Below are positions 28,075 to 37,232 of a stretch of DNA of 59,845 nucleotides, in pieces. The DNA comes from Candidatus Acidiferrales bacterium. Lineage in GTDB: Bacteria > Chloroflexota > Dormibacteria > Aeolococcales > Aeolococcaceae. The notes below the pieces were generated by a model. The model did not search any database, was not told where the DNA came from, and was given only the letters and a program-made list of their open reading frames with translations. Made by a program: the position numbers and the translations under genes. The stretch covers positions 1-59,845 of the forward strand of contig DATMRA010000256.1 in the NCBI GenBank assembly GCA_035566535.1, in the 5' to 3' direction. How positions within the stretch are numbered: position 1 is the first letter of the stretch; each line of letters opens with the position of its first letter.

Positions 28075-28449
28075 ATGGCTGGCCACCGTGTACGTCTGCT
28101 CGCTCTGCTGCTTGGACTGGGAGTGGCAGCGTTTCTCGCTTTCCACGCCGCGGCTCAGCCCGCTGCGCCGGGCCGGTTCCTCAGCTGGGCGACGAGTCCT
28201 TCAGGCTCGCAACGATCTCCGGCCGCCGTCGTCCAGGGTGCATTACCGACGGCGGCGCCCACGGCTGCTCCGGCCGCCGGGCAGGGGCCACTGGGAGCCC
28301 TCACCGTTCCACTGGCCGGATTGCTGCAGCAGTTGAACGCGGACACGAAGACCACCGCAAATGGTCAGTACTCAATCCTTCAGGAGCTGGAGAACGCCTT
28401 GCGCGACCGCATCGATGAGTTCCTCGCCTGGGTGAGCGCGCGGCACTGA
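28075..28449 (+). CDS. small secreted protein (signal peptide, helical C-terminus)
   Basis: ATG 28075 with GGAGG 6 nt upstream. Signal peptide MAGHRVRLLALLLGLGVAAFLAFHAAA. Confidence 0.55.
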   Translation: MAGHRVRLLALLLGLGVAAFLAFHAAAQPAAPGRFLSWATSPSGSQRSPAAVVQGALPTAAPTAAPAAGQGPLGALTVPLAGLLQQLNADTKTTANGQYSILQELENALRDRIDEFLAWVSARH

Positions 28450-28490
28450 CAGCACCGTCACCGCAACAACAGTGATGGCGGCTTCTACCA

Positions 28491-29636
28491 TTGCCGAGCA
28501 TGCCTCAATCGCATCACCGGGATGGCTGGACCGCGTCCACGCTCGCGCGCTCCGGTAAGCAGTCGGCATGTCTGCTCATACTCGTGGGACTGGTCGCGCT
28601 GCCTCTGTCTGGCTGTGGCGGCAACAACAACGCGTTCCGCTCCCCCAACGAGACGCTGAGGGTCACGACGGTGACCAACCCGATCGACCTCAACAAGCTC
28701 GACTGCCCATCGAACACCGTGAAAGCGATCGTTTCGGCCATCGAGGTCAGCGTCACGCAGTCGCAGCCATACGGTCCGGGGCGGGATGACTCCTATGTGA
28801 GGCAGCGCCTGCAGGTCGAGTGCATCGGCCAGGAGAGCGGGCGCGATGTGCACCTCAAAGTGACCTGGCTCACTCCCCCCACGTCACCCGTTCCGGACAA
28901 CATCTTCGTCGGTCCCGACGACTCGGGTAGCCTCGCCCAGCTCGAGGCGAGTCTCGGATCCGGGGCCTTCACTCCGGTCGGCGGGGTGGGTGATCATGCA
29001 GGTGCGGCGGTTGAGACGCAGAGCGGTACGCGCACCGTGACCCTATATGTGCGGCGGGGCTCGACCGAATTTCACATCTCGATGCAGGGGAGTCTGCCGG
29101 ACATCGCGATGCAATCGGAGGAGCAGCAGATCGCGAAACTACTCCTTCCCCAAATACCCACGGCATCTACCGGGCCGACAGCGGGACCGAACGCCGCGGA
29201 CTTTATCGGCGGCGGGTACGCGGCCTCGCTAATAACAACCGATCAAGTCACGACAGCCATGGGGCGACCGGCCCTCCCACTCACAGCCAACGGCGGACGG
29301 CCGGCCTACGCGCCTGGCATCGACGTCAGCAACGCGTACACCAATGCCAAGGACGGGTCTGAACGTCTCGATCTTCAGGTGTACCGAGCGCGGTCCACCT
29401 CAGTCGCGCAGGCGTTTCTCACGAGCTTCGTGGAGCTCCCCAGGACGACGCCCAACCCAGATCTCTCTGGCCTCGGTGATGCCGCTTACCTCGAAGGTGT
29501 CACCGGCAGGCTCTTCGTTCTCAGTGGTCGTGAAATCGTCAGCATCATGGTTCAGGGACAGGGCCTCTCTTCCGACGCCGGCTTGCGGACCGCCAAGACG
29601 TTAGCCGCGATCGTCGCGCCGAAACTGCTGCACTGA
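28491..29636 (+). CDS. putative lipoprotein
   Basis: Lipobox LPLSGC after a hydrophobic stretch. The mature part has no recognised catalytic motif. Confidence 0.6.
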   Translation: MPSMPQSHHRDGWTASTLARSGKQSACLLILVGLVALPLSGCGGNNNAFRSPNETLRVTTVTNPIDLNKLDCPSNTVKAIVSAIEVSVTQSQPYGPGRDDSYVRQRLQVECIGQESGRDVHLKVTWLTPPTSPVPDNIFVGPDDSGSLAQLEASLGSGAFTPVGGVGDHAGAAVETQSGTRTVTLYVRRGSTEFHISMQGSLPDIAMQSEEQQIAKLLLPQIPTASTGPTAGPNAADFIGGGYAASLITTDQVTTAMGRPALPLTANGGRPAYAPGIDVSNAYTNAKDGSERLDLQVYRARSTSVAQAFLTSFVELPRTTPNPDLSGLGDAAYLEGVTGRLFVLSGREIVSIMVQGQGLSSDAGLRTAKTLAAIVAPKLLH

Positions 29637-29669
29637 TAGCGGCGCCAGTCCGGTACAGAGTCGGCCGCA

Positions 29670-30257
29670 TCACCTGCAGAAGAACGGCTGTGGTCCTCCG
29701 GCGTTGTAGGCGGACGATGTGAGCGCCTGACTGGAGCACAGGACGTCGTCAACCGCCCAGTGTCCCTTGTACATCGACACGGCGAGGTCATACGCGGCCG
29801 GGCCGAAGCCCGCGTCAATGGGAATAACGACGCGGACGAGCGATGTTGCCTGTGCGTCGACTGCAGCAACGGTCGCTGAAACAGATATCACTCGGGGCGG
29901 TCCTTTGAAGTAGTTCTCCCGCAGGATCGGAGGACCAGCGCGGCAACAAGTTGGCAGTTGGTTCGCCAATCGAGGCGTGATGGGACATTGGTCGGGACTC
30001 GGATACACAGACCTTCCCGGGCACTCATGCCAGAAGCCGGGCTGGTCGTGAATCACCAGTGCAGCCAGGAGCGCGGCCGCCTCAACCTGAGTTATCGGCG
30101 GCGCTTGTGTCGCCGAAGTCGGTGTGGCACTTGGGGTGCTGGCTGAAGCCGTCGCCGTTGGAGTGGCCGTCGGCGTCTGTCCACCCGATGAGCAACCGGA
30201 CAGAAGGACCACAGCCGTCACCGCGGCAACCGATGGGAGATTCAGCAGGATCCGCAT
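29670..30257 (-). CDS. putative Cys-rich lipoprotein
   Basis: ATG 30257 (or 30269). Lipobox VLLSGCSS and a T/P/A-rich linker. The track ORF to 30614 was rejected. Confidence 0.6.
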   Translation of the reverse strand: MRILLNLPSVAAVTAVVLLSGCSSGGQTPTATPTATASASTPSATPTSATQAPPITQVEAAALLAALVIHDQPGFWHECPGRSVYPSPDQCPITPRLANQLPTCCRAGPPILRENYFKGPPRVISVSATVAAVDAQATSLVRVVIPIDAGFGPAAYDLAVSMYKGHWAVDDVLCSSQALTSSAYNAGGPQPFFCR

Positions 30258-30260
30258 ACT

Positions 30261-30289
30261 TTGCCACATACACAAATTTGTGGTAGTCT
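30261..30289 (+). promoter_or_regulatory. putative promoter TTGCCA-17-TAGTCT containing perfect palindrome CACAAATTTGTG
   Basis: Palindrome at 30271-30282. CATACACA-N4-TGTG is shared with 27983-27998. Overlaps the divergent lipoprotein start. Confidence 0.4.
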
Positions 30290-30362
30290 GTCGGGGTGTC
30301 CGGGCGATCGCTCGGTGCGGCCAGAGGGGTGGCCGGCAGAAGCCATTTCTGGAGGACCCCTC

Positions 30363-30602
30363 ATGGTTCAGCTGCGGTCGCTCATCGACAACTGGATCCT
30401 CCTCGCACAGGGCCTCATCGGCTCTATCGGCGCGCTCGCTTTCCTGGTGGCGTTCATGTACAAGATCGTCGCCGTCGACCCGCACAGCGTGATGGAAGCG
30501 AAGAAGTGGATCGGGCGCATCATCTTCGGGACCATCGGCGTCGAGGTTGCGGGCACGCTGACGCATGCACTGATAGCCAGTGTCCCGTCGTCCATTCACT
30601 GA
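30363..30602 (+). CDS. 79-aa two-TM protein, VirB2/TrbC pilin-like
   Basis: ATG 30363 with GGAGG 7 nt upstream. Two hydrophobic helices separated by a short charged loop (DPHSVMEAKKW). Topology only; no search was run. Confidence 0.5.
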   Translation: MVQLRSLIDNWILLAQGLIGSIGALAFLVAFMYKIVAVDPHSVMEAKKWIGRIIFGTIGVEVAGTLTHALIASVPSSIH

Positions 30603-30620
30603 TCGCCGCAGCACACGTCT

Positions 30621-31547
30621 GTGTCCGGGATCATCAATGGCTTGCGCGACCCGCTCGGAGCGGTTCTACACCTGCTCACAGGGGTGCTGAGTCACTTCAT
30701 TGGCACGGCGCGCGGTGACCTCAACTCCGAGCTCGGGCGGTACCTCTTCACGACCGTCGACCCGTCGATGCCCGGCGCCCATGCGCTCACGGCGAATCCC
30801 ACCGTCGCGCAGCTCAACGGCTCGATCGCGATCGCCGCGGACATCCTCGTCGGCGCGGTGCTGGTCTTCGCGTCGCTGCGCAGCATTTTCGAGCACACGC
30901 TGCGCGCCCGATATACGCTCAAGGTCGTGCTGCCGCGCGTGATGGTGGCGATCGCCTTGGTTCACGCATCGGTGTTCATGATGCAGATGGCGATCGACCT
31001 CAACAACGCGATCGGCGGCGTTGCGCTATCGCTCGGCGGCCCGATCACAACGGACACGCTCCCGTGGTCCGGCACGCTCAACCCGGTTGCGGTTCAGGCG
31101 ATGCAGGCCTCACAGGACCTCTTCCACGTCATCTTCGCCCTAGCCGTCGTGGTGGCGTTGGTGATCCTCGCTCTCACCTATGTGATTCGCACCGCCCTCC
31201 TCGAGATACTCATCGTCGTCGCTCCGCTGGCGGCGTTGTGCACGGTGCTCCCTGACACACGCGGCTATGCGCGTCACTGGCTCCGCCTCTTCCTGGTCAC
31301 GCTGTTCACCCAGGCGCTGCAGCTGATCATCCTGCGCGTAGCCACCGCTGCAGGCTTCGGTGGCTTCGGCGGCATCGCAGGCAGCCTCTACGGGCTGGCG
31401 ACGCTGTGGATATTGCTCAAGGTGCCAGGCGCGCTGCACACCTCCACGCAGTTCGAGTCCAGGGCACACACTGCTGCGCGCCACCTGGACGGCTCTGTGC
31501 GACGAGCGCTCGCCCCCGCGCACCGCACCGTGCACAGCCTCAAATGA
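30621..31547 (+). CDS. polytopic membrane protein, VirB6/TrbL-like
   Basis: GTG start. N-terminal segment ...RYLFTTVDPS... followed by ~6 TM helices, resembling actinobacterial T4SS VirB6/TrbL proteins as I recall them. Confidence 0.55.
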   Translation: MSGIINGLRDPLGAVLHLLTGVLSHFIGTARGDLNSELGRYLFTTVDPSMPGAHALTANPTVAQLNGSIAIAADILVGAVLVFASLRSIFEHTLRARYTLKVVLPRVMVAIALVHASVFMMQMAIDLNNAIGGVALSLGGPITTDTLPWSGTLNPVAVQAMQASQDLFHVIFALAVVVALVILALTYVIRTALLEILIVVAPLAALCTVLPDTRGYARHWLRLFLVTLFTQALQLIILRVATAAGFGGFGGIAGSLYGLATLWILLKVPGALHTSTQFESRAHTAARHLDGSVRRALAPAHRTVHSLK

Positions 31548-32056
31548 TGCGCGCGATCGCGCTGGCGACAAGCGCGATCACCGTGTTGCTCTGCGGCGGC
31601 ACCGCCGCCGCGGGTGTCGTTGTCATGCCCACGCAACCAGCGGGCGGCGGCTTCGTCCGCCCTGTCGACGGAGCGCGCATCACCCAGGGTTTCGGTTGCA
31701 CCAGCTTCAGCTTCGAGCCGGTCGACGCGGGCTGCCCGGGTGGGCACTGGCATTCCGGCATCGACCTCGCGGCCCCAACTGGTACGCCGGTGTACGCGAC
31801 GCGGTCCGGCGTCGCGCAGGTGGTGCGCTCAGCCTCCGGCTACGGGCTGCACGTCGTCATCGATCACGGTGGCGGTCTCAGCAGCCTCTACGGACACCTG
31901 TCAAGCGTGGCTGTGCTCTCGGGTCAGTACGTCGACGCGGGCCAGGTCGTCGGCGCCCTCGGCTCGAGCGGCAACTCAACCGGGCCACATCTGCATTTCG
32001 AGATCCGGCGCGACGGCATCCCAGAGGATCCGCGCGAGGATGTGAATCTGCCCTGA
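31544..32056 (+). CDS. secreted M23 family metallopeptidase (peptidoglycan hydrolase)
   Basis: ATGA overlap with the upstream gene. Signal peptide. HWHSGIDL (HxxxD) and GPHLHFE (HxH) zinc motifs. Confidence 0.88.
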   Translation: MMRAIALATSAITVLLCGGTAAAGVVVMPTQPAGGGFVRPVDGARITQGFGCTSFSFEPVDAGCPGGHWHSGIDLAAPTGTPVYATRSGVAQVVRSASGYGLHVVIDHGGGLSSLYGHLSSVAVLSGQYVDAGQVVGALGSSGNSTGPHLHFEIRRDGIPEDPREDVNLP

Positions 32057-32659
32057 CTACGGATCGGTGGCCGGCGTTCGCCGTGATTGCTGCCAGACCA
32101 GGAATATTCGCTGGATCGCTGTCACGTTGGTCAATACGGCGAGAATCCAGAGCGCCCACACAAGCAGTGGGCTCACGATGAGACCGATCACCGTGATCAC
32201 GACGCGTTCCGGCCGGGCCAGCACGCCTCCATCACAGGTGAAGCCGAGCGACTGCGCGCGCGCTCGCACGTAGGAGACGAGCAACGACCCCGTCAGCGCG
32301 AAGATCACCAGCATCGGCTCGAGCGTGTGGTGCACGCGGAAGAGGAAGTACCAGAGCAGCGCGATGTATGTGAACGCTTCGGCGTAGCGGTCGATGGTCG
32401 AGTCAAGGAACGCGCCGTACCGGTATATCTTGCCGGCCACACGCGCCAGGGCGCCGTCGAGGATGTCGAACATGCTCGCAACGAGGAGCACAATGCCGCC
32501 CGCAAGAAGGTATCCGTTCGCCACCAAAAACGCTGAGACAGCACAGACCATCAGCCCGATGATGGTCAGCACGTTCGGCGTCAAGTGGGCACGCTGGAGC
32601 ACGGGGACGAGCCGCCGCGCGCCAGCTCTAACCCAAGCCTGGAACCTGGCTGTGAACAT
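32057..32659 (-). CDS. pgsA: CDP-alcohol phosphatidyltransferase, phosphatidylinositol(-phosphate) synthase-like
   Basis: ATG 32659 (MFTARF...). DGALARVAGKIYRYGAFLDSTIDRYAE motif. Last gene of the inositol/PIM operon. 32-nt overlap with the upstream gene. Confidence 0.8.
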   Translation of the reverse strand: MFTARFQAWVRAGARRLVPVLQRAHLTPNVLTIIGLMVCAVSAFLVANGYLLAGGIVLLVASMFDILDGALARVAGKIYRYGAFLDSTIDRYAEAFTYIALLWYFLFRVHHTLEPMLVIFALTGSLLVSYVRARAQSLGFTCDGGVLARPERVVITVIGLIVSPLLVWALWILAVLTNVTAIQRIFLVWQQSRRTPATDP

Positions 32660-33797
32660 CGGATGCAACCTGGTGCGCGCTGGCGCGAAGCCGCGCCTCT
32701 CGGTACACGTCGAGCACCTCATCGACCACGTGGCCCCAGTCGTACAGCCGGGCCTTGCGCAATCCGGCCTCCCCCATCGTGCGCCGCAGTGACGCGTCAT
32801 CCAGGAGTGTCTCGATCGCCTGCGCCCATGCTTGCGGCTTCTTGGGCGGCACGAGCAACCCGTCGCTCCCCGGCGCGACCACCTGACTGAAGCCGGGGAT
32901 CGCCGACGCAAGCACTGGCAGACCGCTCGCCATCGCCTCGAGCAGCACGATGCCGAAGCTCTCGCCTCCGTTGGCCGGTGCGCAGAACATATCGGCAGAC
33001 GCGTAGTAACGCGTGATCATGTCATCGCCCACGTAGCCGCAGAACTGCACATCCGGAATGCCCAGTGCTTCCGCCTGCCGTTCGTATCCCCAACGCATCG
33101 GCCCGTCGCCCACCACAACCAGGCGTACGTCGGCCCGTGTGCGCCGCACCGCGCCATACGCCTCGAGCAACGTGGGGAATCCCTTGCGCGACTCGAGTCT
33201 TCCGACGAACAGCACGGTGGACTGCCCCGGAGTCCGGGCTGAAGCGACGCGCTCGAGATCCGGGTGGAAGCGCACCGAATCAATGCCGTTCGGAACGATC
33301 CGGAAATCCCCGTCGAAATACCTTGCGACGAAATCGCGAGCCGGAATGCTCACCGCAACGATCCCATGCAGCCGGTTGAAGTATCGCTTCAGAAATGGCC
33401 GGCCGTAGTAATAGCCGAGGTTGCGCCGCGCCATCGCATGGAAGGTGCCGACGTTGGCACCGCGGTGGAAACGCAGCACGGTGATGGGCAGGGCCGGCAC
33501 CAGCGGCTCGTGGTAGTGCACCACGTCGTAGTCAGCCTCACTGAGGAGGGCGCGCACGCGGCGCACGAGGTGGAACGACAGCCCGATTCGCGCCACCGAT
33601 CCATTGCTGCGTACCGCCACGCTACGGCCGATGCGGATGTACCCAGGAATGCCGTGGTCGTCGCCCACGCGGCTCGACGGAGCCAGCACGGTCACCGCAT
33701 GGCCGCGATCCCGCAACTTCGCGGAGAGATGGCGCACATGCTCGGTGACACCCCCGGGATGCATGAAGTCGTACGGCGACACGAGGCAGATCTTCAT
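32628..33797 (-). CDS. GT4 glycosyltransferase, PimA-like mannosyltransferase
   Basis: GT-B fold: N-terminal GGVTEHV and C-terminal ESFGIVLLEAMASGLPV (E-x7-E). Sits beside the acyltransferase and PI synthase. Confidence 0.8.
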   Translation of the reverse strand: MKICLVSPYDFMHPGGVTEHVRHLSAKLRDRGHAVTVLAPSSRVGDDHGIPGYIRIGRSVAVRSNGSVARIGLSFHLVRRVRALLSEADYDVVHYHEPLVPALPITVLRFHRGANVGTFHAMARRNLGYYYGRPFLKRYFNRLHGIVAVSIPARDFVARYFDGDFRIVPNGIDSVRFHPDLERVASARTPGQSTVLFVGRLESRKGFPTLLEAYGAVRRTRADVRLVVVGDGPMRWGYERQAEALGIPDVQFCGYVGDDMITRYYASADMFCAPANGGESFGIVLLEAMASGLPVLASAIPGFSQVVAPGSDGLLVPPKKPQAWAQAIETLLDDASLRRTMGEAGLRKARLYDWGHVVDEVLDVYREARLRASAHQVASDVHSQVPGLG

Positions 33798-34819
33798 GCG
33801 GGCTCCGGCTCAGGCCAGATACGCTCCAGCACATGCCACTGATCCGGGTGATCGTGGATCGCGCTCTCGAATAGCGCCAGGATCTCGCGCGTGACTCGGC
33901 GCACCTCCTGCTGTCGCGGCGCGTCCGCATCGTATCGGATCTCAGGATGGGGCACGGCGCGGACCCTACGCCCGTTGCGGTACAGGATGATCGGGACCAC
34001 GGCGGCGCCGGTGCGAATGGCGATATCCATCGCCCCGACTGGAATGGGAGCCGGAGCCCCGAAGAACGGGATCAGCTCGCCGTTGCCGATAAGGTCGCGG
34101 TCGATCGCAATCGCGATCACCCCACCCGAGCGCAGGACACGGAACACCTCCCGCATCGATGCCGCGCCGATGCGCCGTGCGGTCTGCGGGTCACCTTCGC
34201 GCATCGCCGCGACATCGATCGGAATCACCTGGACCCGCTGCTTGCCGCGCGCGCCGATCACCCGCTCGAAGAGCTTCTGCGGTCGGAGCACCTCGGCGAG
34301 AAGAGCCATCTGCCCGCCCTGCGCGTTCCAGCCGGCGACGCCGACCTCCCAGCACCCGAAGTGCATCGAGACGACGACGACGCCCCGGCCACGCTTGAGT
34401 GGATCGGTGAAGTTCTCCAGGTGCTCGATGTCGATGCGCCCGAAGGTGTCGGTACGCTGCGACGACATGGACATGACGTCAACCCAGGAGTGCGTGAGGT
34501 TGCGCACGTTGCGTCGCACGATGCGGCGGAACGAACGGTTATCTGCATCGGGTACGACGTGGCGCAGGTTCTCGCGCAGCGGGTCAAGACTGCGCGGAGC
34601 CACAAGCAGCAAGGTATCCGCGACTCGATCACCCAGCCAGTACGACGCCCGCTGCGGCAGGACACGCACGACGCTCTCGGCGCAGCGATATGCGTAGTAC
34701 GGAACCATGCTGTCCCGCTTCCGCGAGCCGGCTGTTGCGGCAGCCCCCGAAGCGCGGCGCGAGAGGTGCAGTCGGGTACGGATCCCGCGCGGTGCGGTGT
34801 CGCGGCCCGCACTCACCAT
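33794..34819 (-). CDS. LpxL/HtrB-type acyltransferase (PIM acyltransferase-like)
   Basis: HFGCWE (H-x4-E) acyltransferase motif. 4-bp overlap with the downstream GT4 gene. Alternative start ATG 34708. Confidence 0.75.
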   Translation of the reverse strand: MVSAGRDTAPRGIRTRLHLSRRASGAAATAGSRKRDSMVPYYAYRCAESVVRVLPQRASYWLGDRVADTLLLVAPRSLDPLRENLRHVVPDADNRSFRRIVRRNVRNLTHSWVDVMSMSSQRTDTFGRIDIEHLENFTDPLKRGRGVVVVSMHFGCWEVGVAGWNAQGGQMALLAEVLRPQKLFERVIGARGKQRVQVIPIDVAAMREGDPQTARRIGAASMREVFRVLRSGGVIAIAIDRDLIGNGELIPFFGAPAPIPVGAMDIAIRTGAAVVPIILYRNGRRVRAVPHPEIRYDADAPRQQEVRRVTREILALFESAIHDHPDQWHVLERIWPEPEPA

Positions 34820-34842
34820 GGCGACCCTCCGCCGGCCGGCGT

Positions 34843-36003
34843 TTAACCCGCGACCGGAGGCACCGGGTCGCGTTCGACGGTCTCGGCCCGCCCCAGGGCG
34901 GCGGCCCTTCCGTTAACCGAGACTCCCTCGACCTTCCCGGCGATGAACTCTTCGGTGAGCTCGCGTGCCGTGGTATCCGAAACCTGGCGCGGTGGTGACT
35001 TCATGAAATACGACGACGGTCCCACGAGCGTGCCGCTTAGGCCGCGGTCGAGACCCAGCTTGCAGCAGCGAACCGCGTCGATGACGATGCCGGCGCTGTT
35101 CGGCGAGTCGTGCACCTCGAGCTTCAGCTCCATATTCAGGGGGACGTCACCGAAGGACTTGCCTTCGACGCGAATGTACGCCCATTTGCGGTCGTGCAGC
35201 CACGGAACATAGTCCGACGGTCCGATGTGGATGTGCTCGTCCCCGAGTGGGTGATCCAGCTGCGAGCGGACGCTGTTGGTCTTGCTGATCTTCTTGCTGA
35301 CCAGGCGCTCGCGCTCGAGCATGTTCAGGAAGTCGGTATTGCCGCCGAAGTTCAGCTGATACATGTTCTCGATCTCGACGCCCCGATCACGGAAGAGCCT
35401 CGTGAGAACGCGGTGAACGATGGTGGCGCCGACCTGCGACTTGATGTCGTCCCCGATGATCGGGACGCCGGCCTTGATAAAGCGCTTCTGCCAGTAGTCC
35501 TCGCGTGCGATGAAAACGGGCATGCAGTTGACCATCGCGCAGGGTGCGTCGAGGATTTGCTCCGTATACCAGCGCGTGGCTTCCTCGCTCCCCACAGGGA
35601 GGTAGTTGACGACGACGTCGGTCCCGGTGTCCTTGAGGACTTGAACGATGTCAACGGTGGAACCGGGTGCTTTCTTGATGACTTCCGAGAGGTACTTGCC
35701 GAGGCCGTCGTGGGTCATGCCGCGGAGCACGGGTACGTCCAGTCTGGGTACATCCGAAAACTTGACCGTGTTGTTTTGCCCGCTGAAGATCGCGTCCGAG
35801 ACGTCCTTGCCAACCTTCTCGGCGTCGATGTCAAACGCGGCGCTTATCTCTATGTCCGAGATGTGATATCCGCCGAGGTTCACGTGCATGAGACCGGGAA
35901 CGACGGCGTCCGGGTCGGCGGTCTTGTAGTACTCGAGTCCTTGAATCAGCGACGACGCGCAGTTGCCCACGCCGATGATTGCTACGCGCACCTTGTCAGT
36001 CAC
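34843..36003 (-). CDS. ino1: myo-inositol-1-phosphate synthase
   Basis: [19 protein letters not shown]-binding N-terminus and full-length MIPS-like sequence. Confidence 0.92.
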   Translation of the reverse strand: MTDKVRVAIIGVGNCASSLIQGLEYYKTADPDAVVPGLMHVNLGGYHISDIEISAAFDIDAEKVGKDVSDAIFSGQNNTVKFSDVPRLDVPVLRGMTHDGLGKYLSEVIKKAPGSTVDIVQVLKDTGTDVVVNYLPVGSEEATRWYTEQILDAPCAMVNCMPVFIAREDYWQKRFIKAGVPIIGDDIKSQVGATIVHRVLTRLFRDRGVEIENMYQLNFGGNTDFLNMLERERLVSKKISKTNSVRSQLDHPLGDEHIHIGPSDYVPWLHDRKWAYIRVEGKSFGDVPLNMELKLEVHDSPNSAGIVIDAVRCCKLGLDRGLSGTLVGPSSYFMKSPPRQVSDTTARELTEEFIAGKVEGVSVNGRAAALGRAETVERDPVPPVAG

Positions 36004-36467
36004 GATGTTCCCTCGTTGATGGTTTGAACAGCGGGCGGCTCAACGGATGGAAGGCCGCCGAACGCTACGAGACGGGCGAAACTCTTCAGGTGTGCCGCGA
36101 TGGCATCGCGGTCGAGGCGACAGAACACTTCGCGGCCCTCACGCCGGGTTCTGATCACCTGGGCCTTGCGCAGAATGCGGAGGTGCCAGCTCATCCGCGG
36201 CTGGCTGACCTGGCAGAAATCGGCGAGCTCCGACACGCGCATTTCAGAGGTCCCGGCGAGACGCTCGACGATCATCAGCCGCGTCGGATTCGCCAGCCCT
36301 TCGAAGTGAACCGAGAGATCACTGGCGCCGGCGGCGATGCTGCCGGGGAGGGCCCGGCGCGGCGGGCGGTTCGCCCTCGCGGGCGGAGGAGCAACTTGCA
36401 TAAAGGAACCTTTCATAAAGGATCGCTTATGCATTGTAGCCTGCCCGGCAGTCATGCGCAAGGTCAA
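36000..36467 (-). CDS. ArsR/SmtB family transcriptional regulator
   Basis: w[32 protein letters not shown]. 4-bp overlap with ino1. Start uncertain among several Met codons. Confidence 0.8.
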   Translation of the reverse strand: MTLRMTAGQATMHKRSFMKGSFMQVAPPPARANRPPRRALPGSIAAGASDLSVHFEGLANPTRLMIVERLAGTSEMRVSELADFCQVSQPRMSWHLRILRKAQVIRTRREGREVFCRLDRDAIAAHLKSFARLVAFGGLPSVEPPAVQTINEGTS

Positions 36468-36649
36468 ACGGCGTCCCCGGGGGTCTCCTGCTCAGTGGGT
36501 TCCGCCTCGGGATCGGCGCTCTCGGCAGGCTGCCGCGGCAGGACCACGGTCAACAGCCTGAGTACGACAACGCAGACCACAACCACCACGACGAACCCGA
36601 GTGCGGCGAGGCCGATTGCGCTGAGAACCGCGCCGACGTCAGCCAACAT
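36464..36649 (-). CDS. possible small single-TM protein (61 aa)
   Basis: Track ORF with a Val-rich TM helix and an acidic tail. Stop overlaps the ArsR start (ATGA). Confidence 0.35.
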   Translation of the reverse strand: MLADVGAVLSAIGLAALGFVVVVVVCVVVLRLLTVVLPRQPAESADPEAEPTEQETPGDAV

Positions 36650-36686
36650 CCGGCAAGGATCGCATGCACTTTAGGATGAGCCCGAT

Positions 36687-37232
36687 ATGGCGCCGGCGAC
36701 CAAGCCCAGCAACCTCAAGCCGGCCCCTGCGGTCGTGCGGCGCCACGGCGACCGCGTCGTCTTCCGGGCCCGGCGGCCGGCCGCGCTCGTCATCCCGCTG
36801 GCACTTGTCACTGAAGGGGCGGGAATCGTCTGCATCGTGGCGGGTGCCACGATCGGGTGGTTCATCGTCGCTGCCCCGGTTCTCACGCTGCTGGTGACGG
36901 GCCTGCTCCTGCGTCCGGCCCTCGAGCTGACGCGTGACGGGCTGCTGCAGCGGCAGTACCCGTTCAGCAGTCTCACGCGCTGGGACGTGATCCAGGACGT
37001 CGGGGTCACGCGCGCGGGCAACCGCGTGGTGCTGGGATACAAGCTGACTCACGGGACGCCACCACCCCGCAGGCAGCCGGCAGCCGCGTTGCTTCGGGCG
37101 GCCGATGCTCCCTACGACGGGGGCTACTTCGCAGACTCGCTCGCCGGCCGGCCGGAAGACGTCCTCGCCGAGGTGCAGCGCTACCTCCGTGACCCGGACT
37201 TGCGCGAGGGCCTGCCACCCGCCCGCCGCTAG
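36687..37232 (+). CDS. hypothetical membrane protein (two TM helices plus soluble C-domain)
   Basis: Track ORF. Membrane hairpin followed by a PH-like soluble region. No motif recognised. Confidence 0.5.
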   Translation: MAPATKPSNLKPAPAVVRRHGDRVVFRARRPAALVIPLALVTEGAGIVCIVAGATIGWFIVAAPVLTLLVTGLLLRPALELTRDGLLQRQYPFSSLTRWDVIQDVGVTRAGNRVVLGYKLTHGTPPPRRQPAAALLRAADAPYDGGYFADSLAGRPEDVLAEVQRYLRDPDLREGLPPARR

